Notes under the pieces: generated by a model
Databases searched by the model: none
What the model saw: the letters and a program-made list of their open reading frames with translations, nothing else
What the model was told of the DNA's origin: nothing
In this document: positions 36,407 to 47,600 of the stretch, in pieces
How positions within the stretch are numbered: position 1 is the stretch's first letter
Layout: the number at the start of each line of letters is the position of its first letter
Source: Felis catus
Lineage: Eukaryota
Direction: 5' to 3'
DNA: 64,000 nt
NCBI RefSeq assembly: GCF_018350175.1
Contig: NC_058368.1
Coordinates: 146,880,001-146,944,000 of the forward strand
Position numbers and translations under genes: made by a program

Positions 36407-39400
36407 CCCAAGCATTCCCTGTGCTGTCAGACTAGAGCCCAACATAGGGCTGGATCCCACAAAATGTGAGATCATTAGCTGAGCTGAAACCAAGAGTTGG
36501 ACACTTAACCAACTGAGCCACCCAGGTGCCCTCATTTCTGGGTTTTGTATTCTGTTCTGTGGATCTAGGTGTCTGTGTGCCAATACCATACTGTCACGAT
36601 GATTACAGTTTTCTAATATAGCTTAAAGTCTGGAATTGTGATGCATCCAGGTTGGCTTTTCTTTTTCAGGATTGCTTTGGTTATTCGTGGTCTTTTGTGG
36701 TTCCATACAAATTGTTGGATTGTTTGTTTTAGTTCTGCAAAAAAACTGATGGTATTTTGGTAGGGATTGCATGAAATGTGTAGATGCTTTAGGTAGTATA
36801 GACATTTTAACAATGTTCTTCAAATCCATGAGCATGGAATGCTTTTCCATTTCTTTGTGTTCTCTTTAATATCTTTCATAAATGTTCTGTAATTTTTAGA
36901 ATATAGATCTTTTACCTCTTTAGTTAGGTTTATTTTAGGTGTATTCCTGGGTATCCTATGGCTTTTGGTGCAGTTGCAAATGGGATCAATTCTTTGATCT
37001 TTCTGTTGCTTTGTTGTTAGTGTATAGAAATGCAACAAATTTGTCCATGTTGATTTTATATCCTGTGACTTTGCTAAGTTCATGTATTCTAGCAATTTTT
37101 TGGTGTAGTCTTTTGGATTTTCTATATAATATTATGTTATCTACAAATAGTGAAAGCTTGACTTTTTCCTTGCTGATTTGGATGCCTTTTTTTGTGTTGC
37201 CTGATTGCTGAGGCAAAGACTTCCAGTATTATGTTAAATAGTAATGTTGAGAGTGGACATGCTTGTCTTGTTTCTAACTGTAGGGGAAAGGCTTTCAGTT
37301 TTTCCTCATTGAGGATGATATTAGCTGTGAGTCTTCTGTGTATGGCCTTTATGATGTTGAGGCCTCTTTGGTATATAGTCTTAACTGAGATCTTTTGTAT
37401 ATGCCCCGTTTCATTGACAGTTTTTAGGAAGAATGGATGCTGTATTTTGTCAAATATTTTTTTCTGCATGTATTGACAGTATCATATTGTTTTTATCCTT
37501 TATTAATGTGGTGTATGTATGTGTGTGTATATATATTTGTGTGTGTGTATGTATATATATTTCTTCTGTAATTTTCTGGTTAACGTATTCATTCTTTAGT
37601 ATGATGTTCTTTAATGTCCATGTATTTGAGGGCTTTCCAAATTTTTTCTTAGGTTGACTTCAAGTATCATGGTGTTATGAGCTGAAAATACATGTGGCAT
37701 GATCTCAATCTTGTACTTGTTGAGATCTTTTGTACTTGGTGGTTTTGTGACTCAGTGTGTGATCTATTCTGGAGAATGTTCTATGCACACTCAAAAGGAA
37801 TGTGCATTTTGCTGCTTTAAGATAAAATATTCTAAATATATCTGTTAAGTACATCCGGTCCAATGTGTCATTCAAAGCCATTGTTTCCTATTGATTTTCT
37901 GCTTAGGTGATCTGTTTCCTACTATTATTATAGTATCATCAATGAGTTTCTTTATGTTTGTTATTAATTGATTTATATATTTGGGTGCTCTAAAGTTGGA
38001 GACATAAGTATTTACAATTGTTAGATTCTTTTTGATGGTTAGACCCCTTAATTATGATATAGTGGCCTTCTTCATCTTTTGTTACAGTCTTTGGTTTAAA
38101 ATCTAGTTTGCCTGCTACAAGTATGGTTACTCTGGCTTTCTTTTGACGTGTATCAGCATGATAGATGGTTTTCCATGCCCTTAATTTCAGTTTGCAGGTG
38201 CCTTTAAGTGTAAAATGAGTCTTTTGCAGGCAGCATATAGATGTGGGTCTTGCTTTTTTTTTTTTTTTTTAAATCCGTTCTGATACCCTATGTCTTTTGA
38301 TTGGAGCATTCAGTCCATTTACATTCCAAGTTATTATTGATAGGAACTGTTTTTATTTCCTTCCATTCTGAATGATGATCTTGCTGGATAGAGTATTCTT
38401 GGCAGCATACTTTTCCCATTCAGCATGTTGAATATATCTGTTACTCTCTCTGGCCTGCCACGTTTCTGTGGATAGATGTACTGTGAACCTGATTTGTCTT
38501 CCCTTGAAGGTTAAGGACTTATTTTTCCCTTGTTGCTTTCAGGATTCTTTCCTTGTCTGAGTATTTTGTGAATTTGGCCATGATATGTCTTGGTATCAGC
38601 TGGCTTTTGTCGAATTTCATGGGAGTTATTTGTGAATTTTGGATTTTGATCTGGGTTTCCTTCCCCAGATTAGGAAACTTTTTAGCTATAATTTACTCAA
38701 GTATTTCCCCCCTTTCCCCTATCTTCCTCTGGGACTCCTGTGACATATTATTATGATTTAAGGAGTTGCTGAGTTCTTTAAGTCTACATTCATGACCATA
38801 CTTTAATTTCCTTCTTTTTAGCATCATTGCATTACATAATTCATTCATCTGCTTCATCCATCCTCATTTTCATTGCTGTAACTGAGATGTAAAACTGACT
38901 GGATGTATTTTTTTTTTTTATATTTCAGACTGCCTAGTTTTTAGTTGTTTTATATCTGCAGCAAGCGATTCTCTAGTGTCTTCTATGCTTTTTCTCAAGC
39001 CCAGCTAGTATCCTTATGATTGTTGTTTTAAATTCTGGCTCAGGCATCTTGTATCAGTTTCAATTAAATCCCTGACCATTACTTCTACTTTTTGTTCTTT
39101 CTTTTGGTATGGATCCTTCGTCTTGACATTTTTGTCTAGGCCAGATTTTTTTTGTGTGTGTGAGTGTTAGGAAAGCATGTTATATTCATGCTACAGAAAA
39201 TGATGGATATATGAAGGAGAGGTCCTATACTGTCTTGGGACTGGTGCCGAATTGGGAATTGATTGTGGTGTATGTTGTGTATACTCTGCTTTTGTGTTTT
39301 GGCTACTCGTTCCCTTAGGTCAGTCCTCTGAAGAGTTTCTCCTTGCCTGCTGTGGGGGGAGGCACAGTAGACCTTGTCTACTGTGTAGCAAGTTTTAAGT

Positions 39401-40636
39401 AGGTATGTTTAGGTCTGATTTTAAAAAGCTAGATCCTATTTCCCCTAAAGCTGAAGCTTTGCAGCCCTCTATGATCAGTAGACTTGGTGTGAGGGAGGAA
39501 TTTGTGCTGGTTTTCTTCAGGAGGGAACTGCTGCACTAATTCTCAGGCAGAATTGCCCTGGTGAAAAGTACCTGCAGGGCACAGGGCTGGCGGGGGGTGG
39601 GACTTGGTGTAAGTGGCTCTAGCCTCCACTCTGGGGAAGTTTGTTGCTCACTGAAGTTGGTCATTGCTGATGTGGGGTGGGGGCTGGTGTCACCCAGCTC
39701 TCTTGTCCCTGGAACACGAGGTTCACATCTGCCACTCTTCAGGAAGCCCTCAAAGGAGAGCAAACAATCTCCCCTCTTGTATTGCCAGCTTCCATCAGAT
39801 CCCTGCCTTCACCCTTGTCTGTGTCTTATCTGTCTTCCTGCCTGGTGACATAGTACACCTGTGTTTTATCTCAGGTGTGCAGCTTGGTTTTAAAACTCCA
39901 GATTTTAGGGACCCGGGCTGATCCTTTGTGGGAGGGTCTCACTGAACTGTGGCTAGTGCTGCTTTGTCACAGGAAAGCAGCTGCACGACTGTGCAACTGA
40001 GTTTATGGTAGAATGCAGCAAAAAGCTGGTACCAAGGTTTGCTGCCCTCAACAGGTATCCCTTTCCTATGCTAGCGAACAGGGCAGTTGGTTGGTGCCCA
40101 CCAGCTCTTTTGTCCCTGGAAAGGACAAGAAGTTTTTCTCCCCATGTGACCCAGGGGCTCCTCAGACCATGCTGCCTGATCTCAGGTCTCTGTTCTTCCC
40201 CACAGGGCACCACTAAGCCCCCAACCATGATCCCAGTGATGGCAGGGACTTCTAAAGTTTCAGAGTTTGAGTTCCACTACTTATAAAAAATTGTGGTAGT
40301 CAACTCCTCTCTTTTTCCCAGTCCATGATTTTGGGGCAGGGTTTTTCTTGTGCAATCCCCTGATGAAGACTGTTTTCACTTTTTCTCTTTGACTCCTACC
40401 TCTGTGATCAGGGCTCCCTACCCTCTGCAGCACTTCCACTTCTTTAGTCCCCCATATAAACTCTCCACAGCATCTACCTTTCATGATGTGGCTGTTTCTC
40501 TCCCTCTAGTTGTGCAGTTGGTTCTCTGAGTTCTGAGATCAATTTCTTGGGTTTTCAGAATGATTGGATTTTTATCTAGCTGTGTTCTAGAGATGAGGCA
40601 AGCTTAGGGTTACCCTACTCCTCTGCTATCTTCTCT
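34940..40636 (-). mobile_element. Near full-length, decayed carnivore L1 (3'UTR, ORF2, ORF1 remnant, 5'UTR) with internal deletions
   Basis: 3' end 'gtgcccaacaagtgccctcaatgcccatcaccc'. ORF2 remnants at 36613-36813 ('FVWNHKRPRITKAILKKK...ITIPDFKLY'), 36986-37216 ('KVKLSLFVDNIILY') and 37137-37469. The 5' end at about 40630 is homologous to the L1 5' end at 62546. Confidence 0.92.
36216..36531 (-). mobile_element. Can-SINE inserted in L1, with a 149-nt pure-purine tract
   Basis: Reverse head ending 'gagccacccaggtgccc'. TSD core catttctgg at 36204-36212 / 36533-36541. Confidence 0.94.
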
Positions 40637-42039
40637 GCTTGCAAAATTATTTCTTACATTCATTATGCTACTTAAAGCCTCTGGCATAGATCTCAATAAT
40701 GTGAGATCATAATAATAGGTGAAGCAGCTTTCTTGGGGGAGTGTATTAAATTTTTCATAGCCAAAACACATGGGTTAGAAAAAATTGTGTTCTGTAGATC
40801 TTGCTCCTGCCTCTACCTCTTTTCCCGAATAAATCCCACTCACCCTTAAATGTACAGCTCAGTAGCCCCTGGCCCATCACCACTGCAGTTTAATGGTTCT
40901 TCTATTTCCTATAGTTTTTTGTATTAACTTTCATAATAGCAGTATAAGCTGCATTTACCACAGAATGCCTTTCCTTGCATGTAGATTTTTCTCTTCAGAG
41001 ATCAGATCTTAGACATCTATGTGTATTTTCCATGTAAATCACTGTACCCTCCAGGATAGAGTGTTAAATATTTGTTGCTATGATGGATGGATGGATGAAT
41101 AGTTAAAATACTCAGGTATTATCTGGGTTTTTTTCAAAGAGTACCTTATCAAGAATTCATGACATTGTCTAGCTGATGTCTAGTTGAAATCTCAAGTTCA
41201 AAGAAAAGAGGGGATTTCAACTACAAATTCTCTTTGGCTGGGTGAGCCAAAAATGATGCCATCTGATTAGGATATATACCTCACTGGGGAACTAAGAAAA
41301 GGTGGATGATGGTGAAGTCTGTAAAAGGAGATTGGTCTTTCCTGATTTTACCTAGGGCTTGCATGGCTTCCTTGCCATGATCATTTTTCTTATTTCCTCC
41401 CTTAATTTTTATATGAGGTTTATTATATTATAGCAGGCTATACGAGGTTAATTATGGTAGTGAATCAGCCAGAATTCATGTAAGATTTTTATCTCTGAAA
41501 GATTGAGATGACTGGCTTAGGAAGAAAAGATTCCTAGAAAGTAGTGATTTGAATATCTATGACTATCCTAGTCATGATTTTTACTTTTTGAAATGATAGA
41601 AAAAAACATTCCTCTGAATAAAAGGGCTTATGTATTGACATAGCTTACTAAAAAACAACAAAAAAAAAACCCAACAAAAAAACATCAATTTTATTTGCTT
41701 CACGATGCATCAGAAAACACTAAAAGCTCAATATCTGTTCCAAATTATCAATGAGTTGGTTTCTAACTTGGTGAAATAAAAATTAATTTTTTGTTAATTT
41801 CACATGTAGGACATGTGCTCCTCTGTAACTAGAGAGGAAATTTTTATTGCCTAATGGATTCTTAGCACTAATTAGGGTTATACAATTATAGTTCAATGAA
41901 CGAAAAAAAATGCTCATGAGAAAAATAGCACACTAATTGGGGTTTGAAATATGAAAAGGAGAAATGCCTTTATCCAAGGAACACCAGTCTTTTGCCTCTC
42001 CTTGTAACTCAAGGAAACACTCCATTTCTAGCTACATAC

Positions 42040-42540
42040 TCCTTCTCTGCCTTATCTTTCAATCTCATGACTCCCTCCTTCTGTCCTGGTCTCCTTTGAG
42101 CTATTTTCAACCCAGAACCCAGAGTGATTCTATTAAACTGCAAATCAAATTATGTCACTCCCTTGCTGAAAACCTCCTAGTGACTTTCCATCTCACTCAG
42201 CTCTAAAGCCTATCACTATCAGTATCACTATATCCAAAGCTGTAAGAAAACCTGACCTTGCTCTGGAACAAGAGACTATATTTTTCAAGTTTCTTTACTG
42301 TATAAACAACCTTGAGAAAATAGCCCAGAACAAAGGCAGGCAGTACCTCTGATCACAATATACGTGGAAATGTGAGAGACACATGGAGAATTGTTTCTCA
42401 ACAATTAGGTATTTTATTTGTTGTCTGTCTCTCCCATTACATTTTAAACTCTAAGAAAGAGGGATTAATGTTTGTCTTCCCTGCTGTCCACCAGTGTATC
42501 TCCAGCACACGGAAGACTACCTACCTAATAATTGATATTT
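42040..42540 (+). mobile_element. L2 fragments
   Basis: 'ccagagtgattctattaaactgcaaatcaaattatgtcactcccttgctgaaaacctcctagtgactttccatctcactcag' and 'ttgtctgtctctccc...tgtatctccagcac'. Confidence 0.65.
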
Positions 42541-42564
42541 AACATAGACTTGCTGACCTTCTTC

Positions 42565-43748
42565 CCAGAGGTTGCAAAGGAAGTTGGCTGACAGAACCAG
42601 ATTACAGAGGCTGAGAAGCCCAAGATGAGTACTCAGCAAGCTGGAGAGCCACAAGGCTTGTGATGTAGGTTCCACTCCCAGTCCAAGCCCTGAGAACCAG
42701 CAGAGCTGGTAGTATAAGTTGCATTTTGAGTCTGAAGGCAGGAGAAACCACTGTCCCAACTCAAAGACAGATAATTCATTCCTCCTTCTTCCCTCCCTCC
42801 CTCCTTCCCTCCCTCCCTCCTTCCCTCCCTCCCTTTTTAAAGTTTATTTATTTTGGAGAGAGCACCAGCAGGGGAAGGGCAGAGAGAGAGGGAGAGATTG
42901 TGGAGCTGGATGAGGAGCTCGAACCCACAAACTGGGATATCATGACCTGAGCCTAAAACAAGAGTTGGACACGTAACCGACTGAGTCACTCAGGTGCCCC
43001 AGAAAGAATTCTTTCTTACTCAGCCTTCTATTCTATTCAACAATAGCCTTCAACAGATTGTCCTCCCTAATGTGGGTGGGCCTCAGCCAATCTGTGCTCA
43101 GGTTGCTTAGAGCAGAAACTGAGGTGCAAAGGTCAGGATATAGGGTAATTTGTAGTATCATAAGTGTGGCTAAGAAGTAACCAATGAGAAGAGGGACTGG
43201 AGTGGGTAGAGAAAATGCTAGTGGGGGTCCCCCACCTGGCCTGAAAGATATGAAAGACTACTGTGATAGGTCTATTGGAATCTTCTGTATTCTTTTCTTT
43301 TGCTAACTTGGGAGGGCCCTGAGAGGAATGAGACTTCCTCTCCTTGTTTGTTCTTATACTGTAGGATTTAGACTTGAGCTCCATCTGTCCAACAAACTAC
43401 CACTTTGTTTGTGATCAAGTTACTTAAGCTGGGTAGGGAAGGGGGATAAGGGTCATCTATGGGTGAGGGTGGAAACTCAATTAGCAGAACGATTCTCTAT
43501 ACAGTACTTGGTCCTAAATATATCCTACAAAAGGACATAACTAGAAATACAATAAAGTTTTATGTTTAGAAGTTAAAACAATGTTTAAAATAAAAAACCA
43601 CCATCACAGACACACCCAGAAACAGTGTTTAAGCATATACCTGGTATTAGAACTGTGGGGAGTATGTTCAGCCGAGTCTTAAGAAGGGATAAAACAGGAG
43701 AGACCACCCCAGGCCTAGTTAAATTGACACATAAGATAAACCATCATA
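42565..43748 (-). mobile_element. MLT2 (ERVL) LTR, fragmented by a SINE and by unexplained inserts
   Basis: 'gaggctgagaagcccaagat...gcaagctggagagcc...cctgagaaccagcagagctgg...gagtctgaaggcaggagaa..tgtcccaactcaaagacag'. Resumes at 43001-43100, at 43596-43644 ('cacagacacacccagaaacagtgttt') and at 43704-43748 ('aaattgacacataagataaaccatcat'). Confidence 0.8.
42780..43000 (-). mobile_element. Can-SINE with (CCCT)n tail, inserted in MLT2
   Basis: 'aagtttatttattttggagagag...gatatcatgacctgagcc...ccgactgagtcactcaggtgcccc'. Confidence 0.92.
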
Positions 43749-43984
43749 ATTACTAGAGTCCTACCAATTCTTAATAGGTACTAATAAATAACACTGTTCT
43801 AAGGATCTGATGTGCTGAGACCATTCTGTTCAGGGTCATCTTTGCCACACACACAGATTAATGATCAAAGGGGAAACAGTTAGTTCTCCTTAGCAGATCA
43901 TGGCTATTGATGAACAAGCTCATGCTAAACTAACTGAAAATGAAGAACTTAGAAATATATGAGACAAAACAATTATGTTTGTTG

Positions 43985-44070
43985 TTGTTGATTTTTTTAA
44001 TGTCTCTATGTTCAACGTGCAGCTTGAACTCACAACCCCAACATGAAGAGATGCAGGCTCCTCAGACTGA
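43985..44070 (-). mobile_element. Short SINEC_old-like fragment
   Basis: 'tctctatgttcaacgtgcagcttgaactcacaaccccaacatgaagagatgcaggctcctcagactga' is the reverse of the short SINE type seen at 31481. Confidence 0.7.
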
Positions 44071-45339
44071 AATAAAGAGGGTTGTCCCCACAGGATAGAA
44101 GCAGTGTGGAATGCATGTCTGTATAAGTGTGGAACAGGAGGGACAAAGGCAGTAGAGACCACCTTTGTGGCTAATAACACTCCTCAGGCATAATTGAGCT
44201 GTCTCCTCTATTCACATAAAAAGTTAAGAAATATGCTTTCTTTCTAAAGTCTTTTTTTATATCGTGTATAAATGTGAATTTTAACCCTCCAGATAGCTCA
44301 GTCATGGAACTGAATCTTATTTTACTACTTTCATTAGACTTACAAACATAGACTATTATGTTAAACATTCTTTGTAACTAGTTATTTTGAAGAAAGTGCT
44401 ATCCAGTATCTGGTTGTTTTTCCCATGTACTAAAGCAGTTGCAAATAAGAAGAGGGAAGCTCTAAGTAAACAAATTATTTGACCTGTTTAATTTTTAAAG
44501 TGTTTGACAGATAAATTTATAGCTTCATGTGTTACATGTATTTTTTAAAATAACTTGAAAAAATTGCAATCATTACCCAGGTTTCTTCTAATACATAGTT
44601 ATAAAAAGTTTGTTCTGCTGCTTTTTCATTTTGGAAGAATCAGATTTTCAGACGTTGAAAATTAACCAAGGTTCTTTTTCTTTTGGAAAAAAAAAAAAAA
44701 GGCTTTGACTCACCCAAATCTCACAAGACTTCTTTCAAAGCTTTAGCTTCCCTTTTGGTACCTTACTCATTACTTCCTGAGAATGACCTGTCTTGTAAGT
44801 ACAAATCACTAGATTTCTAGAGATGGTGCCTCACTGAGTCATTTTGGCCTGAAAACCCCATTTCCAGGGCACAACATCATGGATAGCGGCACACCCGTTA
44901 TGAGACATGTGTTAGCAGAACTGAACCATTTATGCATCAAAAATGTTTTTTCCTAAAGTTTTTGGATGTCAAACAGAGAAATTAAACTGAGTGTAAGTTA
45001 GAAGCCATCCACTGAATGTGGTCATGTTCTGTGTTGTGGAACATGGTTCTGCAACTACAAACCAGCAGTCGGTTCACTGAGGCGGGGGGGGGGGGGGGAG
45101 GGTGGGGATGACCTAAGCTTGGAGGTAAGACCAGAGTTCAGGACTCGCCAAACTAGGGATCAGAAAATCTCAAGAGCAGGGTGGACGTATTACAGAATTA
45201 GAATTGTGAATGGTCAGTCCTAAGTAGGAACCTGTAGAAGCCAGTAAGTCATATAGAGACTCTGAAAGTAAATAGAAGACATTCCAATGAAATCTGGCTA
45301 ATACAGGCTGGCTAGGTGAGTTTACTTTTTAAAAAATGG

Positions 45340-46620
45340 GTTCATATGACCTTCATAAAATTAAAAAAAAATATGTGTATAAATTTAAAAATCAAAGGGA
45401 GAATTGACATCTTGGCAATATTAAACCTAAAGCTCCATTTATTCAAGTTTATGTTCTTCAGGCTTGTATTATTCCTCCAAGTCTTTCTGTTGTTAGGGCT
45501 ATTCCTGGCTTCATTGTGGTTTTGTCACTACTATTGTTTCCTACAATGGACAAAATTTTTTTTCTATTTTTTCTTTTAATTGGTTATTGTTGGGTAGGAA
45601 CCTTAATAATTCTGATGTTGACCTTGTATCCTGCACACCTTGTGATATCTTCTATTTGTGAAAATCCCACAATACATAGGTAGGGAATACATTTAATTTT
45701 GTTTCTTCATTTATAATACATTGCATTGGCTAAAATTTACAATCCAATAGAGGAATTATCTGTATTTGTCATCTAAGTAGATTTTTTTAAAACAAAGTGT
45801 TGAATTTTATGAAATGCTTTTTTTCTTCTATTTATTATAATCAGGTGGTTTACCCTGTTAACTTTTATTAATGTAATACTTACTAGTTTTCTATTGAACT
45901 CTTTCTATATTCCCAGGGCAAATGGATTTAGAACATGATGTATCATTTTACATACACCTTTACTTCTAAATACTACTGTATTATTTAATATCTTGGCATT
46001 TATATTTATGTTAAATTGCTCCCTGAATTTGATTTCATTTTAAAGTGTGCTATTTGTAGGTGTGTCCTTTTCATTTCTAATGTTTGTGTTACGTTTCATC
46101 GATTAATCTTATTTCTCTTTCAGTTTTTCCCCCTTAAATCAGGTTTGATTTCATTGGTGATTTTTTTCATTTCTTTGTTTTCTACTTCCCTTACACCTGC
46201 TCCTATTATTTTCTTGCTTCGACTTTCCTCAGATTTATTTTGTTTTTACTTTTGCTAGTTTCTTCAGTTAAATGCTTAACTCATTTAGTTTTTGAAAAAA
46301 AATAAAATCTGTTTTAAAATACTTTTCAAAGAAATGAACTTTATTAGATTTACATTCTTAGAACACCAATGCCTCCATCCTATAGATTCTGCGCTATAGT
46401 ATTTTCAGTTGTCATTTGTTTCTAAGTGTGTCATCATTTCCATTACAGCTTCCTTGGTATCCTGTGAGTGAGTACCTAAGGAGCACGTTTTAACGTTTTA
46501 GTGTATGTGCGTATGTGTTTTCATACACGTTTACTCTTTCGTATCTAATTTGCTTGCATTGTGGGTAAAACCTGAAGTCTGTATGGTGTTAATTTAGATA
46601 TTTTGAGACCTTCTCTCAAA
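45340..46620 (-). mobile_element. Old L1M ORF2 fragments
   Basis: 'gggagaattgacatcttggcaatatt', 'tgttgaattttatgaaatgcttt', 'gcttgcattgtgggtaaaa...tttgagacctt'. T-rich plus strand. Confidence 0.6.
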
Positions 46621-46833
46621 TGTCTATCTCTGGCTTATAGTTTTAAGGCTGTTTCTAATTAGCCTCAAAGTCCAGAAGTGGGTCTTATAATTAAAGTTTA
46701 AAGCTTCTTTCCTGCAGTGATACTGAAGACGTGGAAAGTGTGGATGCTAATCATACAGGTCTCTTGATTTACTATTCTGAATGTATTCATTGCCTTTGTA
46801 CGTGGGCAGCTCCATAGAAACAGTAACATTTAA

Positions 46834-46940
46834 GAGGTGGCTGGGTGGCTCAGTCACTGAAGTGTCTGACTTTGGCTCAGGTCATGATCTCACAGCTGGT
46901 GAGTTCTAGCCCCATGTCGGGCTCGGTGCTGACGGCACAG
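46834..46940 (+). mobile_element. Can-SINE, 5' half only
   Basis: 'ggctgggtggctcagtcactgaagtgtctgactttggctcaggtcatgatctcac...gggctcggtgctgacggcacag'. No CT linker or tail. Confidence 0.88.
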
Positions 46941-47435
46941 TGCTTTTTAAAATTATGTTTTGTGAGAAGGGAACTCCCTTCCTGTCTGTAACTTTAAACA
47001 GTGGCCCCTGACTCACCTGAACTACTTTTGGCTCCCTACTCACAGGGGCTCATAGAGCTTAGCTCTTGGTCCCTACTGCCTGCTCCCAGACCCAGAGCTC
47101 AGATGACCAATGGGTTTGGGACCTACTCAGGATCCTGCTTTCTTTCTGATTCAAGATAAGTTTTAGTTCACCTTTTATCCTATTATGCCATTTTGGTTTT
47201 TCCTTTTTGTATTTTATTCCTATGTGTTTTGATCAGAGGAAGTCATCCGAGTATAAACTTCCTGTACTTTATTTATTTAAATGATTTTATCTTAAAAAAT
47301 TTGGAATTTTTCTGTGTATGGTATGGGATGAATATCTAACTCCTGTTTTTTTCTCTGAATAAAAGTATCTCATTTATGCAGTGATAAATGATAATTCAGT
47401 CCATCCTGTGGGATGGATTTAAAATATCACAAATT

Positions 47436-47600
47436 GGGGGTGCTTGGTCTGCTCAGTTGGTTAAGCATCTATTTCCCCTCAGGTCATGATCTCACATTTC
47501 GTGGGATCAAGCCCCACATTGCATTCTGTGCTAACAGCGCAGATCCTGCTTGGGATTCTCTCTCTCTCTCTTAAAGACATAAACAAACAAACTTAAAAAT
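47436..47600 (+). mobile_element. Can-SINE
   Basis: TSD aatatcacaaatt at 47423-47435 / 47601-47613. Head 'gggggtgcttggtctgctcagttggttaagcatct'. Confidence 0.92.

Noticed and set aside
36195..36589. ER/SL-repeat ORFs (also the HT/VC-repeat ORFs at 10205-10496)
   Set aside because: They are translations of (GA)n and (CA)n microsatellites inside SINEs.
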